DNA of 63,655 nt, counting the filler. It is 4 parts of 4 records of this genome, joined end to end, with 100 filler letters (N's around TTAATTAATTAA, not from the genome) between each part and the next. Parts side by side here need not be neighbours in the genome. Positions count along the whole stretch, not along the records: positions 1 to 15,144 come from DRR723986_4818; positions 15,245 to 43,319 come from DRR723986_4823; 2 more parts are not named here. One strand, 5' to 3'. Within the stretch, counting starts at the first letter, position 1. Each line of letters begins with the position of its first letter. Below the pieces are notes generated by a model, which was given only the letters and a program-made list of their open reading frames with translations, was not told the DNA's origin and did not search any database. Below, piece after piece: positions 9,233-17,967 of this stretch. A program made the translations under genes and the position numbers.

Positions 9233-10487
9233 ATGCGCTGTTGAAGTTTCAAAGCGCTCTCATTGTAGTGTGAATAAAACCGTGTCCAAACCAAGCAATG
9301 CGCCTTTGTGGGTGTTCGTCCCCAACATTCTTGTGCCCGAGATGACGCTTGAACGCCTGTCTGCCTCCGCGCAGGCTCAATCTTTCAGTGGTTTGCCGGC
9401 TGGTTTGCTGCAAACCATGGCCAGAAACGCCGCGCCTGAATACCAACATGCTGACGGATTGGACCGAATTGAGGCCTGGCTTTTGCGCTACTTGGATTCG
9501 CAAGCGCAAGCAAAGTTCGACCAGTACCCCGCCTGGGCCATGCTGCAAATGCCGCAGGTTGATAGTGGCCTCGCGGTTATAGCCCCTTTCACCCGGTTTT
9601 GGGGCACGGTAGGTTGCCTGGAAATTGAACGCGATGGTGTGCGTTTTACGCCGCCCGAGGTATTGCAGCTCGGTCAAACCGACCTCGATGCCTTCTGGAG
9701 CGTGGTGACACCCCTGCTGGAACAACACGGCTGGGTATTGAACACCCCGGCGGGTTTTCACAGCCTGCTCAGCAACCCGACGCCTGTGCCCATGGAACAG
9801 GCGTCGCCGTGGTCGGTGCAGGGGATTCGCCTGACTGACTACCTGCCCATGAACCAGGAATGCAGCGACTGGCGGCGTATGTGGCTGAATATGCAGGTGG
9901 AGTTGCACAATGCCGAATTCAACAAGGCCCGCGAAGCCAAGGGATTGAAGCCCCTGAATGCACTTTGGTTTTGGGGGGGAGGTGAGGCGTGGCAAACCGA
10001 GTTGGCCGTGCCGCGCGTGAAATCGGTTTCTGAAGACGGTGTGTTTGACGCAGTCAAAATGACTGACGGCGCAGACGAAGTTGTGAACCGATTTGTGTTT
10101 TGGACCCAGTTGTTGGGTTTGTTGAACACACTTGATTCTCCCGTTCGATCCGAGGAGTTTCAGACCAAACCCGACCATGTGTACTGCGTGAATTTCCAGG
10201 GTTGGGGCGGTGATATTGGTGTTTTCAAATTGCTTGAAAGTGAGGTGCTGCAACCCATGCGTATGGCAGGCTTGGCCTTCAACTGGGTGCTGTTGGGCAA
10301 CCATGGCTGGAAAACTTTGAAAAGCAACTGGATGAACCGATTCAAGTTTTGGCAAAACAGACCGGACTGGGCAGTATTGGGTGAGCCTGAAATGCAGGAA
10401 GGCCCCACTGAGGAAGACCTGCAGGCTGCGTGGCAACAGGGCCAGCGCGACCAAGACAGCATTCAGGCCGAATGGGAGGGACGTTGA
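9225..10487 (+). CDS. Hypothetical protein, RpfE-type / phosphoglycerate-mutase-like family usually upstream of recJ
   Basis: WRRMWLNMQVELHNAEFNKARE...PLNALWFWGGG motif; stop overlaps the recJ start (TGATG); true start probably a GTG at 9270-9282. Confidence 0.65.
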   Translation: MFKCAVEVSKRSHCSVNKTVSKPSNAPLWVFVPNILVPEMTLERLSASAQAQSFSGLPAGLLQTMARNAAPEYQHADGLDRIEAWLLRYLDSQAQAKFDQYPAWAMLQMPQVDSGLAVIAPFTRFWGTVGCLEIERDGVRFTPPEVLQLGQTDLDAFWSVVTPLLEQHGWVLNTPAGFHSLLSNPTPVPMEQASPWSVQGIRLTDYLPMNQECSDWRRMWLNMQVELHNAEFNKAREAKGLKPLNALWFWGGGEAWQTELAVPRVKSVSEDGVFDAVKMTDGADEVVNRFVFWTQLLGLLNTLDSPVRSEEFQTKPDHVYCVNFQGWGGDIGVFKLLESEVLQPMRMAGLAFNWVLLGNHGWKTLKSNWMNRFKFWQNRPDWAVLGEPEMQEGPTEEDLQAAWQQGQRDQDSIQAEWEGR

Positions 10488-12229
10488 TGAGTACCAATAC
10501 CGTTCAGCACCGGGTTCGTACCCCTCGCCCGCAAGTTGAAGCGGTGCTTCGTAGCCAGGGCATGCACCCTTTACTCGCGCGCCTGATGGCCGCGCGGGGT
10601 GTAGATTCCCAAGCCGAAGCTGAAACCAGGCTCGCTGATTTGATTCCACCTTCTCAGCTCAAGGGCATTGACCAGGCCGCAGAAATTCTTGCAGACGCAC
10701 TGGAGGCCGGTGCCCGCATTGTTGTGGTGGGCGATTACGATTGCGACGGCGCTACAGCCACCGCAGTGGGCGTACGCGGCTTGCGCATGCTGCTGCAAAG
10801 CCTGGGTGCTGATGAAGAAGCGGCCAAATACCACATTGATTTTTTGGTGCCCAATCGCTTCGAGTACGGTTACGGCCTAAGCCCTGAAATTGTGCAGTTG
10901 GCGGCTCAGGAGTTTGAGCCAGACCTGTTGGTGACTGTCGACAACGGTATTGCCAGTGTGGAGGGCGTGAACGAGGCCAATGAGTTGGGTATCGGTGTAA
11001 TCGTGACCGACCACCACTTGCCCGGCGACCAGTTGCCGCAGGCCTTGGCGATTGTGAACCCCAACCAGCCAGGTTGTGAATTTCCGAGCAAATCGATCGC
11101 CGGTGTGGGCGTGATGTTTTATGTGTTGCTTGCCACCCGCGCAGTGTTGCGCGAGCGCGGAGTGTTTGATGCGGCAAGCCAACCCCGCATTGATGCACTG
11201 CTCGATTTGGTTGCCTTGGGCACCGTGGCCGACGTGGTCAAACTTGATGCAAACAACCGCCGCTTGGTTGCACACGGCTTGCAACGCATACGTGCTGGTC
11301 GCGCGCAGCCCGGCATGTTGGCTTTGTTTCATGAGGCCGGGCGTGACCCCCGCAAGGCCTCGGCCTCTGACATGGGTTTTGCCCTTGGCCCGCGCCTGAA
11401 TGCGGCAGGCCGCCTTGCCGACATGGCAATAGGTATTCGCACTTTGTTGGCCGACGACGCCGGCGAGGCAAGTGCTTTGGCCGCCCAGCTTGGCAAAATG
11501 AACGAAGAGCGCAAGCGGATTGAAGCCGACATGAAACGCGACGCGCTGGAAGACATTGAAAAGTTCATCAGTCAGGATGAACCCGCTGCGGGCATTGTAG
11601 TGGCGCACAACACCTGGCATCAGGGAGTAATCGGAATTTTGGCCTCCCGGATCAAGGAGCGACTGTACCGCCCCACCATTGCATTGGCACCGGGTGATGA
11701 TGGCTTCTGGAAAGGCAGTGGCCGGTCTGTGCAAGGCGTGCATTTGAGAGATGTATTGGACTTGGTCTGCAAGCGTTTGCCCGAAGGCAGCATGCCCAAG
11801 TTTGGTGGCCACGCCATGGCCGCTGGGCTGACAATCGCCGAAGAGGCCATCGATCAATTCAAAATTGAATTTGCCAAAGCCATTCTGGATTTAAGCGACC
11901 CCAGTGCGCTGACACAGGTGGTTGAAACCGACGGTTCAATTCCTGCCGACTACATTGCCGCCAGTGCTGCAGACTTGCTGGAAACCCAGGTGTGGGGGCA
12001 AGGCTTCCCGGCACCCCTGTTTTGTGATGAGTTTGAGGTGCTTGAACACCGCTTGCTGAAGAATGCCCACAGCAAATTCACCTTGCAGCGCGATGGCAAA
12101 ACCTTTGTGGCCTTGCGCTGGCGAGCCGTAGAGGCGTTGCCGACCCGGGTCAAACTGGCCTACCGGTTTGAGCGAGACACCTTCACAGGCGGTGATGCGG
12201 TGCAAATCATTGTGGAGCACGTGTTGTAG
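10487..12229 (+). CDS. recJ: ssDNA-specific exonuclease RecJ
   Basis: GDYDCDG, PNRFEYGYGL, TVDNG, TDHH, GTVADVV, PRLNAAGR, FGGHAMAAG. Confidence 0.96.
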   Translation: MSTNTVQHRVRTPRPQVEAVLRSQGMHPLLARLMAARGVDSQAEAETRLADLIPPSQLKGIDQAAEILADALEAGARIVVVGDYDCDGATATAVGVRGLRMLLQSLGADEEAAKYHIDFLVPNRFEYGYGLSPEIVQLAAQEFEPDLLVTVDNGIASVEGVNEANELGIGVIVTDHHLPGDQLPQALAIVNPNQPGCEFPSKSIAGVGVMFYVLLATRAVLRERGVFDAASQPRIDALLDLVALGTVADVVKLDANNRRLVAHGLQRIRAGRAQPGMLALFHEAGRDPRKASASDMGFALGPRLNAAGRLADMAIGIRTLLADDAGEASALAAQLGKMNEERKRIEADMKRDALEDIEKFISQDEPAAGIVVAHNTWHQGVIGILASRIKERLYRPTIALAPGDDGFWKGSGRSVQGVHLRDVLDLVCKRLPEGSMPKFGGHAMAAGLTIAEEAIDQFKIEFAKAILDLSDPSALTQVVETDGSIPADYIAASAADLLETQVWGQGFPAPLFCDEFEVLEHRLLKNAHSKFTLQRDGKTFVALRWRAVEALPTRVKLAYRFERDTFTGGDAVQIIVEHVL

Positions 12230-12281
12230 GGCGGCTTGCGTTACAATATCGGGTTACGCACATTGAATTTGTTAGAGAAAC

Positions 12282-13386
12282 ATGGAAGCCGAACGCCTGA
12301 ATGCCATCATCAACGCCCTGACTGACCTTGCCGACCGCGCTGGCCAGTTGCGGAGGTATCTTTGACGTCGACCGCAAGGCCGAACGACTCACGGTAGTTG
12401 ACGCCGAACTGGAAGACCCCAACGTTTGGAACGACCCCAAACATGCGCAAGAGTTGGGCAAAGAAAAAAAGATGCTGGATGGCGTGGTGGTGACCATGAA
12501 CACCGTGCAGGCCAACATCAGCGACGCTCAAGAACTGGTTGAAATGGCGCAAGCCGAAAGCGACTTCGATACGCTGGAGGCGATTGAAAGCGATGTCGCC
12601 GAATACGAAAAGATCATCGCCGACCTGGAATTCCGCCGCATGTTCAGTAATCCGGCTGATCCATCCAATTGTTTCATCGACATCACTGCAGGTGCAGGAG
12701 GCACGGAAGCCCAGGATTGGGCCAGCATTTTGTTGCGCCAGTACCTGCGTTACTGCGAACGCAAAGGCTTCAAAGTGGAGGTGATGGAACAGTCCGACGG
12801 CGATGTGGCAGGTATCAAATCGGCCACAGTCAAAGTGGAAGGTGAATATGCTTTCGGCTATTTGCGCACCGAAACGGGTGTGCACCGCCTGGTTCGCAAA
12901 TCACCTTTCGATTCCTCCGGTGGTCGCCACACCTCTTTCGCATCGCTGTTTGTGTACCCGGAAGTGGACGATTCCTTTGAAATCGAAATCAACCCGGCCG
13001 ATGTTCGCACGGACACTTACCGTGCCAGCGGTGCGGGTGGCCAGCACATTAACAAAACCGATTCTGCGGTTCGCTTAACCCACATTCCAACCGGCATTGT
13101 GGTGCAGTGTCAGAATGACCGTTCCCAGCACCGCAACCGCGATGAAGCCTGGGGTATGTTGAAAGCCAAGCTGTACGAGTTCGAGATGCGTAAACGCATG
13201 GCCGAGCAGCAGGCTTTGGAAGACACCAAAACCGATGTGGGCTGGGGCCATCAAATTCGCAGCTACGTGCTGGACAACAGTCGAATCAAAGACCTGCGCA
13301 CCGGTGTTGAAATTTCCAACACCCAGCGCGTACTCGATGGCGACCTCGACCCATTCATTGAAGCCAGCTTGAAGCAAGGTATCTAA
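12282..13386 (+). CDS. prfB: Peptide chain release factor 2 with programmed +1 frameshift
   Basis: ORF0 MEAERLN...LRRYL ends at CTT TGA C (12360-12366) after SD-like GGAGGT; the +1 frame continues DVDRK... and contains SPF and GGQ motifs. Confidence 0.96.
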
Positions 13387-13389
13387 ACC

Positions 13390-14922
13390 ATGAACGACAA
13401 AATACAAGCCGCTGGCGACGAATTGCCAGTGGATGAAAATCAGATTATTGCCGAGCGCCGCGGCAAGCTGGCCAAACTGCGTGAGAAGGGCCAGCCTTTC
13501 CCCAACAGCTTCAAGCCTGAACACCGCGCTGCCGATTTGCACGCCAAATATGGCTTGCTGGACAAAGAAACCCTCGATCCGCAGGGCATTGAAGTGTCTG
13601 TTTCTGGCCGCATGATGTTAAAGCGCGTGATGGGCAAGGCCAGTTTTGCAACCGTGCAAGATGGCACTGGCCGCATTCAGTTTTACATCAACAACGAGGG
13701 CGTGGGTGAGGGCGTTCACGGTGAATTCAAGCACTGGGATTTGGGCGACATCATCGCAGCCAAAGGCAAGCTGTTTAAAACCAACAAGGGCGAGTTGAGC
13801 GTGCACTGCACGGAAATTCACTTGCTGGCAAAAAGCCTGCGCCCGCTGCCCGACAAATTCCACGGCCTGGCTGATCAGGAAATCAAATACCGTCAACGCT
13901 ATGTGGACTTGATTGTGTCCGAGCAAACACGCGACACCTTTGTTGCACGTTCACGGGCTATGTCGTCGGTTCGCAATTTCATGGCAGACCACGGTTTTCT
14001 GGAAGTAGAAACACCCATGTTGCACCCCATTCCCGGTGGTGCATCGGCCAAGCCTTTCATTACCCACCACAATGCACTGGACATGGAAATGTACTTGCGC
14101 ATTGCGCCCGAACTGTATTTGAAGCGCCTGATTGTGGGCGGTTTCGAGCGTGTCTTCGAGATTAACCGCAATTTCCGCAATGAGGGTGTCAGCCCACGCC
14201 ACAACCCTGAATTCACGATGATGGAATTCTATGCGGCCTACTGGAACTATCGCGACTTGATGGACTTCACCGAGCAGGTGATTCAGCATGCTGCAACCAC
14301 TGCAACCGGTAGCGCGAAGTTGACTTATCAGGGCCGCGAACTGGACTTGTCCAAGCCTTTTGCGCGCCTGACGATTGTTGAAGCCATTCAAAAGTACTTC
14401 CCGGAATATGGCACAGAAGACTTGCAAAACATCGACTACCTGAAAAAGGCTTTGGCCAAGAAAGGTGTGCATGTGGACAAAGAACCCGCGTTGAAAAATG
14501 CGGGAGTAGGGGCTTTGCAGTTGGCCTTGTTTGAAGAAACGTCTGAAAGCCTGTTGTGGGAACCCACCTTCATCGTGGACTACCCGGTGGAAGTGTCGCC
14601 CTTGGCGCGTGCTTCGGATGCCAATTCACAAATTACCGAACGGTTTGAATTGTTCATCACTGGCCGTGAAATTGCCAACGGTTTTTCTGAGTTGAACGAT
14701 CCGGAAGACCAAGCCGACCGGTTCAAAAAGCAGGTTGAAGCCAAAGAAGCGGGCGATGATGAGGCCATGTTCTTTGATGCTGACTTTATTCGTGCGCTTG
14801 AATATGGCATGCCACCCACCGGCGGTTGCGGCATTGGTATCGACCGTCTGATGATGCTGATCACCGATAGCCCCAACATTCGCGATGTGATTTTGTTTCC
14901 GCATTTAAGGCGCGAAGACTAA
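13390..14922 (+). CDS. lysS: Lysine--tRNA ligase (class II)
   Basis: [41 protein letters not shown]. Confidence 0.97.
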   Translation: MNDKIQAAGDELPVDENQIIAERRGKLAKLREKGQPFPNSFKPEHRAADLHAKYGLLDKETLDPQGIEVSVSGRMMLKRVMGKASFATVQDGTGRIQFYINNEGVGEGVHGEFKHWDLGDIIAAKGKLFKTNKGELSVHCTEIHLLAKSLRPLPDKFHGLADQEIKYRQRYVDLIVSEQTRDTFVARSRAMSSVRNFMADHGFLEVETPMLHPIPGGASAKPFITHHNALDMEMYLRIAPELYLKRLIVGGFERVFEINRNFRNEGVSPRHNPEFTMMEFYAAYWNYRDLMDFTEQVIQHAATTATGSAKLTYQGRELDLSKPFARLTIVEAIQKYFPEYGTEDLQNIDYLKKALAKKGVHVDKEPALKNAGVGALQLALFEETSESLLWEPTFIVDYPVEVSPLARASDANSQITERFELFITGREIANGFSELNDPEDQADRFKKQVEAKEAGDDEAMFFDADFIRALEYGMPPTGGCGIGIDRLMMLITDSPNIRDVILFPHLRRED

Positions 14923-15030
14923 TCAAGTTTGACTCACCGTGCATGCGTGTTTACAGCACCGTGCGCGGTTTGTATTCGATGTACTTGTTGGTTCTCCCCA
15001 CTTGTAAGTTCACCGCACGTGTCGCGCCGT

Positions 15031-15144
15031 CCCGCCTTGGCGGGCTTTTATCCCTTCTTGATTGCTGGCTCGGTTCATGCGAAACGCAAAAGCGTGTTCG
15101 CATCGATTGCTTTCGCAATCGCCCCTCGCTGCGCATCAAGCGGG
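15031..15144. other. Multi-hairpin non-coding element at the contig end (REP-like or terminator plus structured repeat)
   Basis: Hairpins CCCGC-CTTG-GCGGG (15031-15044), ATGCGAAACGC-AAAA-GCGTGTTCGCAT (15077-15103), CGATTGC-TTTC-GCAATCG (15104-15121). Confidence 0.55.
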
Positions 15145-15244
15145 NNNNNNNNNNNNNNNNNNNNNNNNNNNNNNNNNNNNNNNNNNNNTTAATTAATTAA
15201 NNNNNNNNNNNNNNNNNNNNNNNNNNNNNNNNNNNNNNNNNNNN
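15145..15244. other. Artificial contig linker
   Basis: 44 N + TTAATTAATTAA (stops in all frames) + 44 N. Confidence 0.98.
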
Positions 15245-15444
15245 AAAAAGCCAGCCACAAAGTGATAACTGCAGGGGCGCAGCGCTCATCCCTCAAGTAA
15301 TCAATTCGGTAATCAAATCCGCAGTTAATTCTACAGCCAAATCTGCAGTCTAGGCCAAAGGCAATTCCGCAATAAACTGAGAGCCCATTTCTGAGCCGGG
15401 AAGTCCTGAGAGTCCTGAGCGTGAAGCCGTAAGAGCCCAATCCA

Positions 15445-17043
15445 TCATGTGATCGGGTCTACGTCCGATCCGTCGGCCAGGCTGCGGGCCTCCAGTGCTG
15501 TGCTGACGGGGAGGGTGATCACGAATGTGGTGCCTTTGGCCACTATGCTGTAGATGTTTATGCGACCGTTGTGGGCATCTACAATCGATTTGACAATCGA
15601 TAGTCCCAGGCCGTGGCCGCGAATGTTCTGCGAACGGGCTTTGTCCACGCGGTAAAAGCGGTTGAATATGCGTTTGAGGTCGTCGGGCGGAATGCCGATG
15701 CCGGTGTCCTGAACTTCAATAACTGCCAGGTCATCGCGGCGTTTGAGCGAAACGTTGATGGCGCCGTTAGCGGGAGTGTATTTGATGGCATTGTCGATGA
15801 CGTTGAGCAGGGCCTGATGCAGGCGGACACGGTCGCCGCGGCAGTGCAGCTCCTGACTGGCAGAAAAATCGACTGTGATATCTTTTTCTTCCGCCAGAAT
15901 CATCGCATCCTCACAGATGTCGCTGAGCAGGGCCGTGAGGTTGACGGTTTCGAGCTGTAGTTGAATCTCGCCGGAGTCGGCACGTGAGAGCTGGAGGAGG
16001 TTCTGGACCACTTTGGAGAGGCGCATCACTTCTTCCTGGGCCGAAATCAGGATATCCTCGTACTCGGCGGGCGTGCGTTTGGAACGCAGGGCAATTTCGA
16101 GCTCACCCATTAAAATCGCCAGCGGCGTACGCAGCTCATGTGAGGCGTCGCCGGTAAACTGACGGATTTGCTGGAAGGAAGCTTCCAGGCGCGAAATCAT
16201 CTCGTTGAGCGTTTCAGTCAGCCGCGCAATTTCGTCGTTAACGGGTGGAATCGGCAAACGTTGACTGAGATTTGAAGCTGTTATTTCTTTGGCTGAGCGG
16301 TTGATGTCCTCAATTGGCATCAGCGAATATTTGGCAAGAAACCATCCGCCGAATGTCGAGATCAACAATACTGCCGGCGCTGCGATAAGAAGTGAACTGA
16401 ACAGATCGTTCAAAGTCGTCGCAATTTCCTCGACAGGATAGGCAACGGTAATTTGTGCCTGCGAGGTGTAGTACAACATCATGCGCAGCGTTTTTCCGCC
16501 GATATCGTATTGCGAACGAACTTCCCAGTAAGAGTTTGTATCAATTGTTCCGATCAGGTCGAGCGGCCGCGGGAGAGAGTCGCGCTCCAGATTTTCTGAG
16601 CGCCAGACAATGACGCCGGCGGTGTCTGCCACCTGTATAAAGTAGTTCTGCTGATTTAGCAGAATATGCTCGTAGACGGCCGACCAAACCAGGCCTGGCT
16701 TCTGGTCTTCTGTGGAGCTGGTATCCGGCCGCGGCAAAACCGGTCCTTCAAATTCGCGCAGCGGCTCCTGGCTTAGAAATCTAAAGCGGCTGGAAGGATC
16801 ATCTTCATCGGCCGGCGGTAGAACCGTACTCAGCGTAGAGTTGGTGAGTTTGAGCTGCGTGACGATGTAATACTCAAGCGATTCCGCGACCTTAAGGATC
16901 GAAGTGTCGAGATTCGCCTGTAAATCACGCGAAACTGTCTCGTAATTCAGGTAACCAAAAAATCCCATGGTAAGGCCAAGAATGGCCGTGTACCACATTG
17001 TAAGACGCCAGCGAAGAGGGAGTTTTAGCATAGGATTGGGCAT
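15445..17043 (-). CDS. HAMP-domain sensor histidine kinase (CusS/ArlS-like)
   Basis: Two TM helices, HAMP, H-box DASHELRTPL, N-box NVIDNAIKY, DTGIG, FYRVDKARS, GLGLSIV. Confidence 0.93.
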   Translation of the reverse strand: MPNPMLKLPLRWRLTMWYTAILGLTMGFFGYLNYETVSRDLQANLDTSILKVAESLEYYIVTQLKLTNSTLSTVLPPADEDDPSSRFRFLSQEPLREFEGPVLPRPDTSSTEDQKPGLVWSAVYEHILLNQQNYFIQVADTAGVIVWRSENLERDSLPRPLDLIGTIDTNSYWEVRSQYDIGGKTLRMMLYYTSQAQITVAYPVEEIATTLNDLFSSLLIAAPAVLLISTFGGWFLAKYSLMPIEDINRSAKEITASNLSQRLPIPPVNDEIARLTETLNEMISRLEASFQQIRQFTGDASHELRTPLAILMGELEIALRSKRTPAEYEDILISAQEEVMRLSKVVQNLLQLSRADSGEIQLQLETVNLTALLSDICEDAMILAEEKDITVDFSASQELHCRGDRVRLHQALLNVIDNAIKYTPANGAINVSLKRRDDLAVIEVQDTGIGIPPDDLKRIFNRFYRVDKARSQNIRGHGLGLSIVKSIVDAHNGRINIYSIVAKGTTFVITLPVSTALEARSLADGSDVDPIT

Positions 17044-17184
17044 GGAACCGTGTTGCGTAGGGCCTAATCTACGACGCTAAGCCGAATTTACATTTAGAAT
17101 TGATAATTTAAGCCTCACATCCTGCTGCGCCGGAGCTGTTTCAAGTCTGTTTTATTCTGGATTTCGTTGGCCGACTTGCCCTGT

Positions 17185-17769
17185 ATGGAAACACTACTCG
17201 AACTTGACCGCATAGTTTTCACCTTCGTTAATTCGACCTTGGCGAACACTCCGTCTGACTGGTTGTTCACACTGATTACGGATCGCGTTTTTACGCTCGT
17301 GGTGTTCATCCCCTTGCTGCTGTTTTTGGTGATTCGCGGTGGTAAACGCGCCTGGGTATTTGTAAGCCTGCTGGTTTTGGCAATTGTACTTGGTGACCAG
17401 TTTAACAGCGAGCTACTCAAAGAATGGGTTGGACGCCTGCGTCCCTGCCGTGATTTACCGGATGTACGTCTGCTGGTGCATTGTGGTGCCGGCAAGTCTT
17501 TCCCCTCATCTCACGCCGTTAATATGTTTGCTGCGGCGATGATGACAACATTTTTTTACCGGCGCGCACGGATTTACGTTTTTGTGTACGCCGCGCTGGT
17601 TGCAATTTCACGTGTCTATTGTGGTGTGCATTACCCGCTGGATGTGATGGCCGGGGCGCTGGAAGGTGCTCTGATAGCTGTGCTGGTCTATAGCCTGTGG
17701 AGTTTTGCAGCCAAACGCTGGACGATTCTGAGGCTGCCTGTAGCTGCTGATCACACTGGCAAGACCTGA
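17185..17769 (+). CDS. PAP2 family phosphatase
   Basis: KEWVGRLRP, SFPSSH and SRVYCGVHYPLD motifs. Confidence 0.92.
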   Translation: METLLELDRIVFTFVNSTLANTPSDWLFTLITDRVFTLVVFIPLLLFLVIRGGKRAWVFVSLLVLAIVLGDQFNSELLKEWVGRLRPCRDLPDVRLLVHCGAGKSFPSSHAVNMFAAAMMTTFFYRRARIYVFVYAALVAISRVYCGVHYPLDVMAGALEGALIAVLVYSLWSFAAKRWTILRLPVAADHTGKT

Positions 17770-17967
17770 TCTTCGCTTTACGGCAGCTTGAAAATGTTGT
17801 ATGTGGGCTCTATCTTTGCAGGTTAGCCCGACTGTAGGCGAATGGCACAACACACTCTCCGCACATTCTACGCGCTTCGCGGCGCAGTGGATGCTGGAAA
17901 TTTTGTGATGCTTCCGCCGAATACTCCGGCCGGTCCTTCCCCAATTCGATATACTGTTCCGACTTCT

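Noticed and set aside
9249..10649. 466-aa antisense ORF, and similar long shadows at 10877-11857, 35860-36855 and 58471-59283
   Set aside because: They lie opposite well-supported genes and have no recognisable motifs; such shadows are expected from codon bias
12328..12362. ORF-track N-terminus [12 protein letters not shown] for RF2
   Set aside because: Artefact of the programmed frameshift; the real start is ATG 12282
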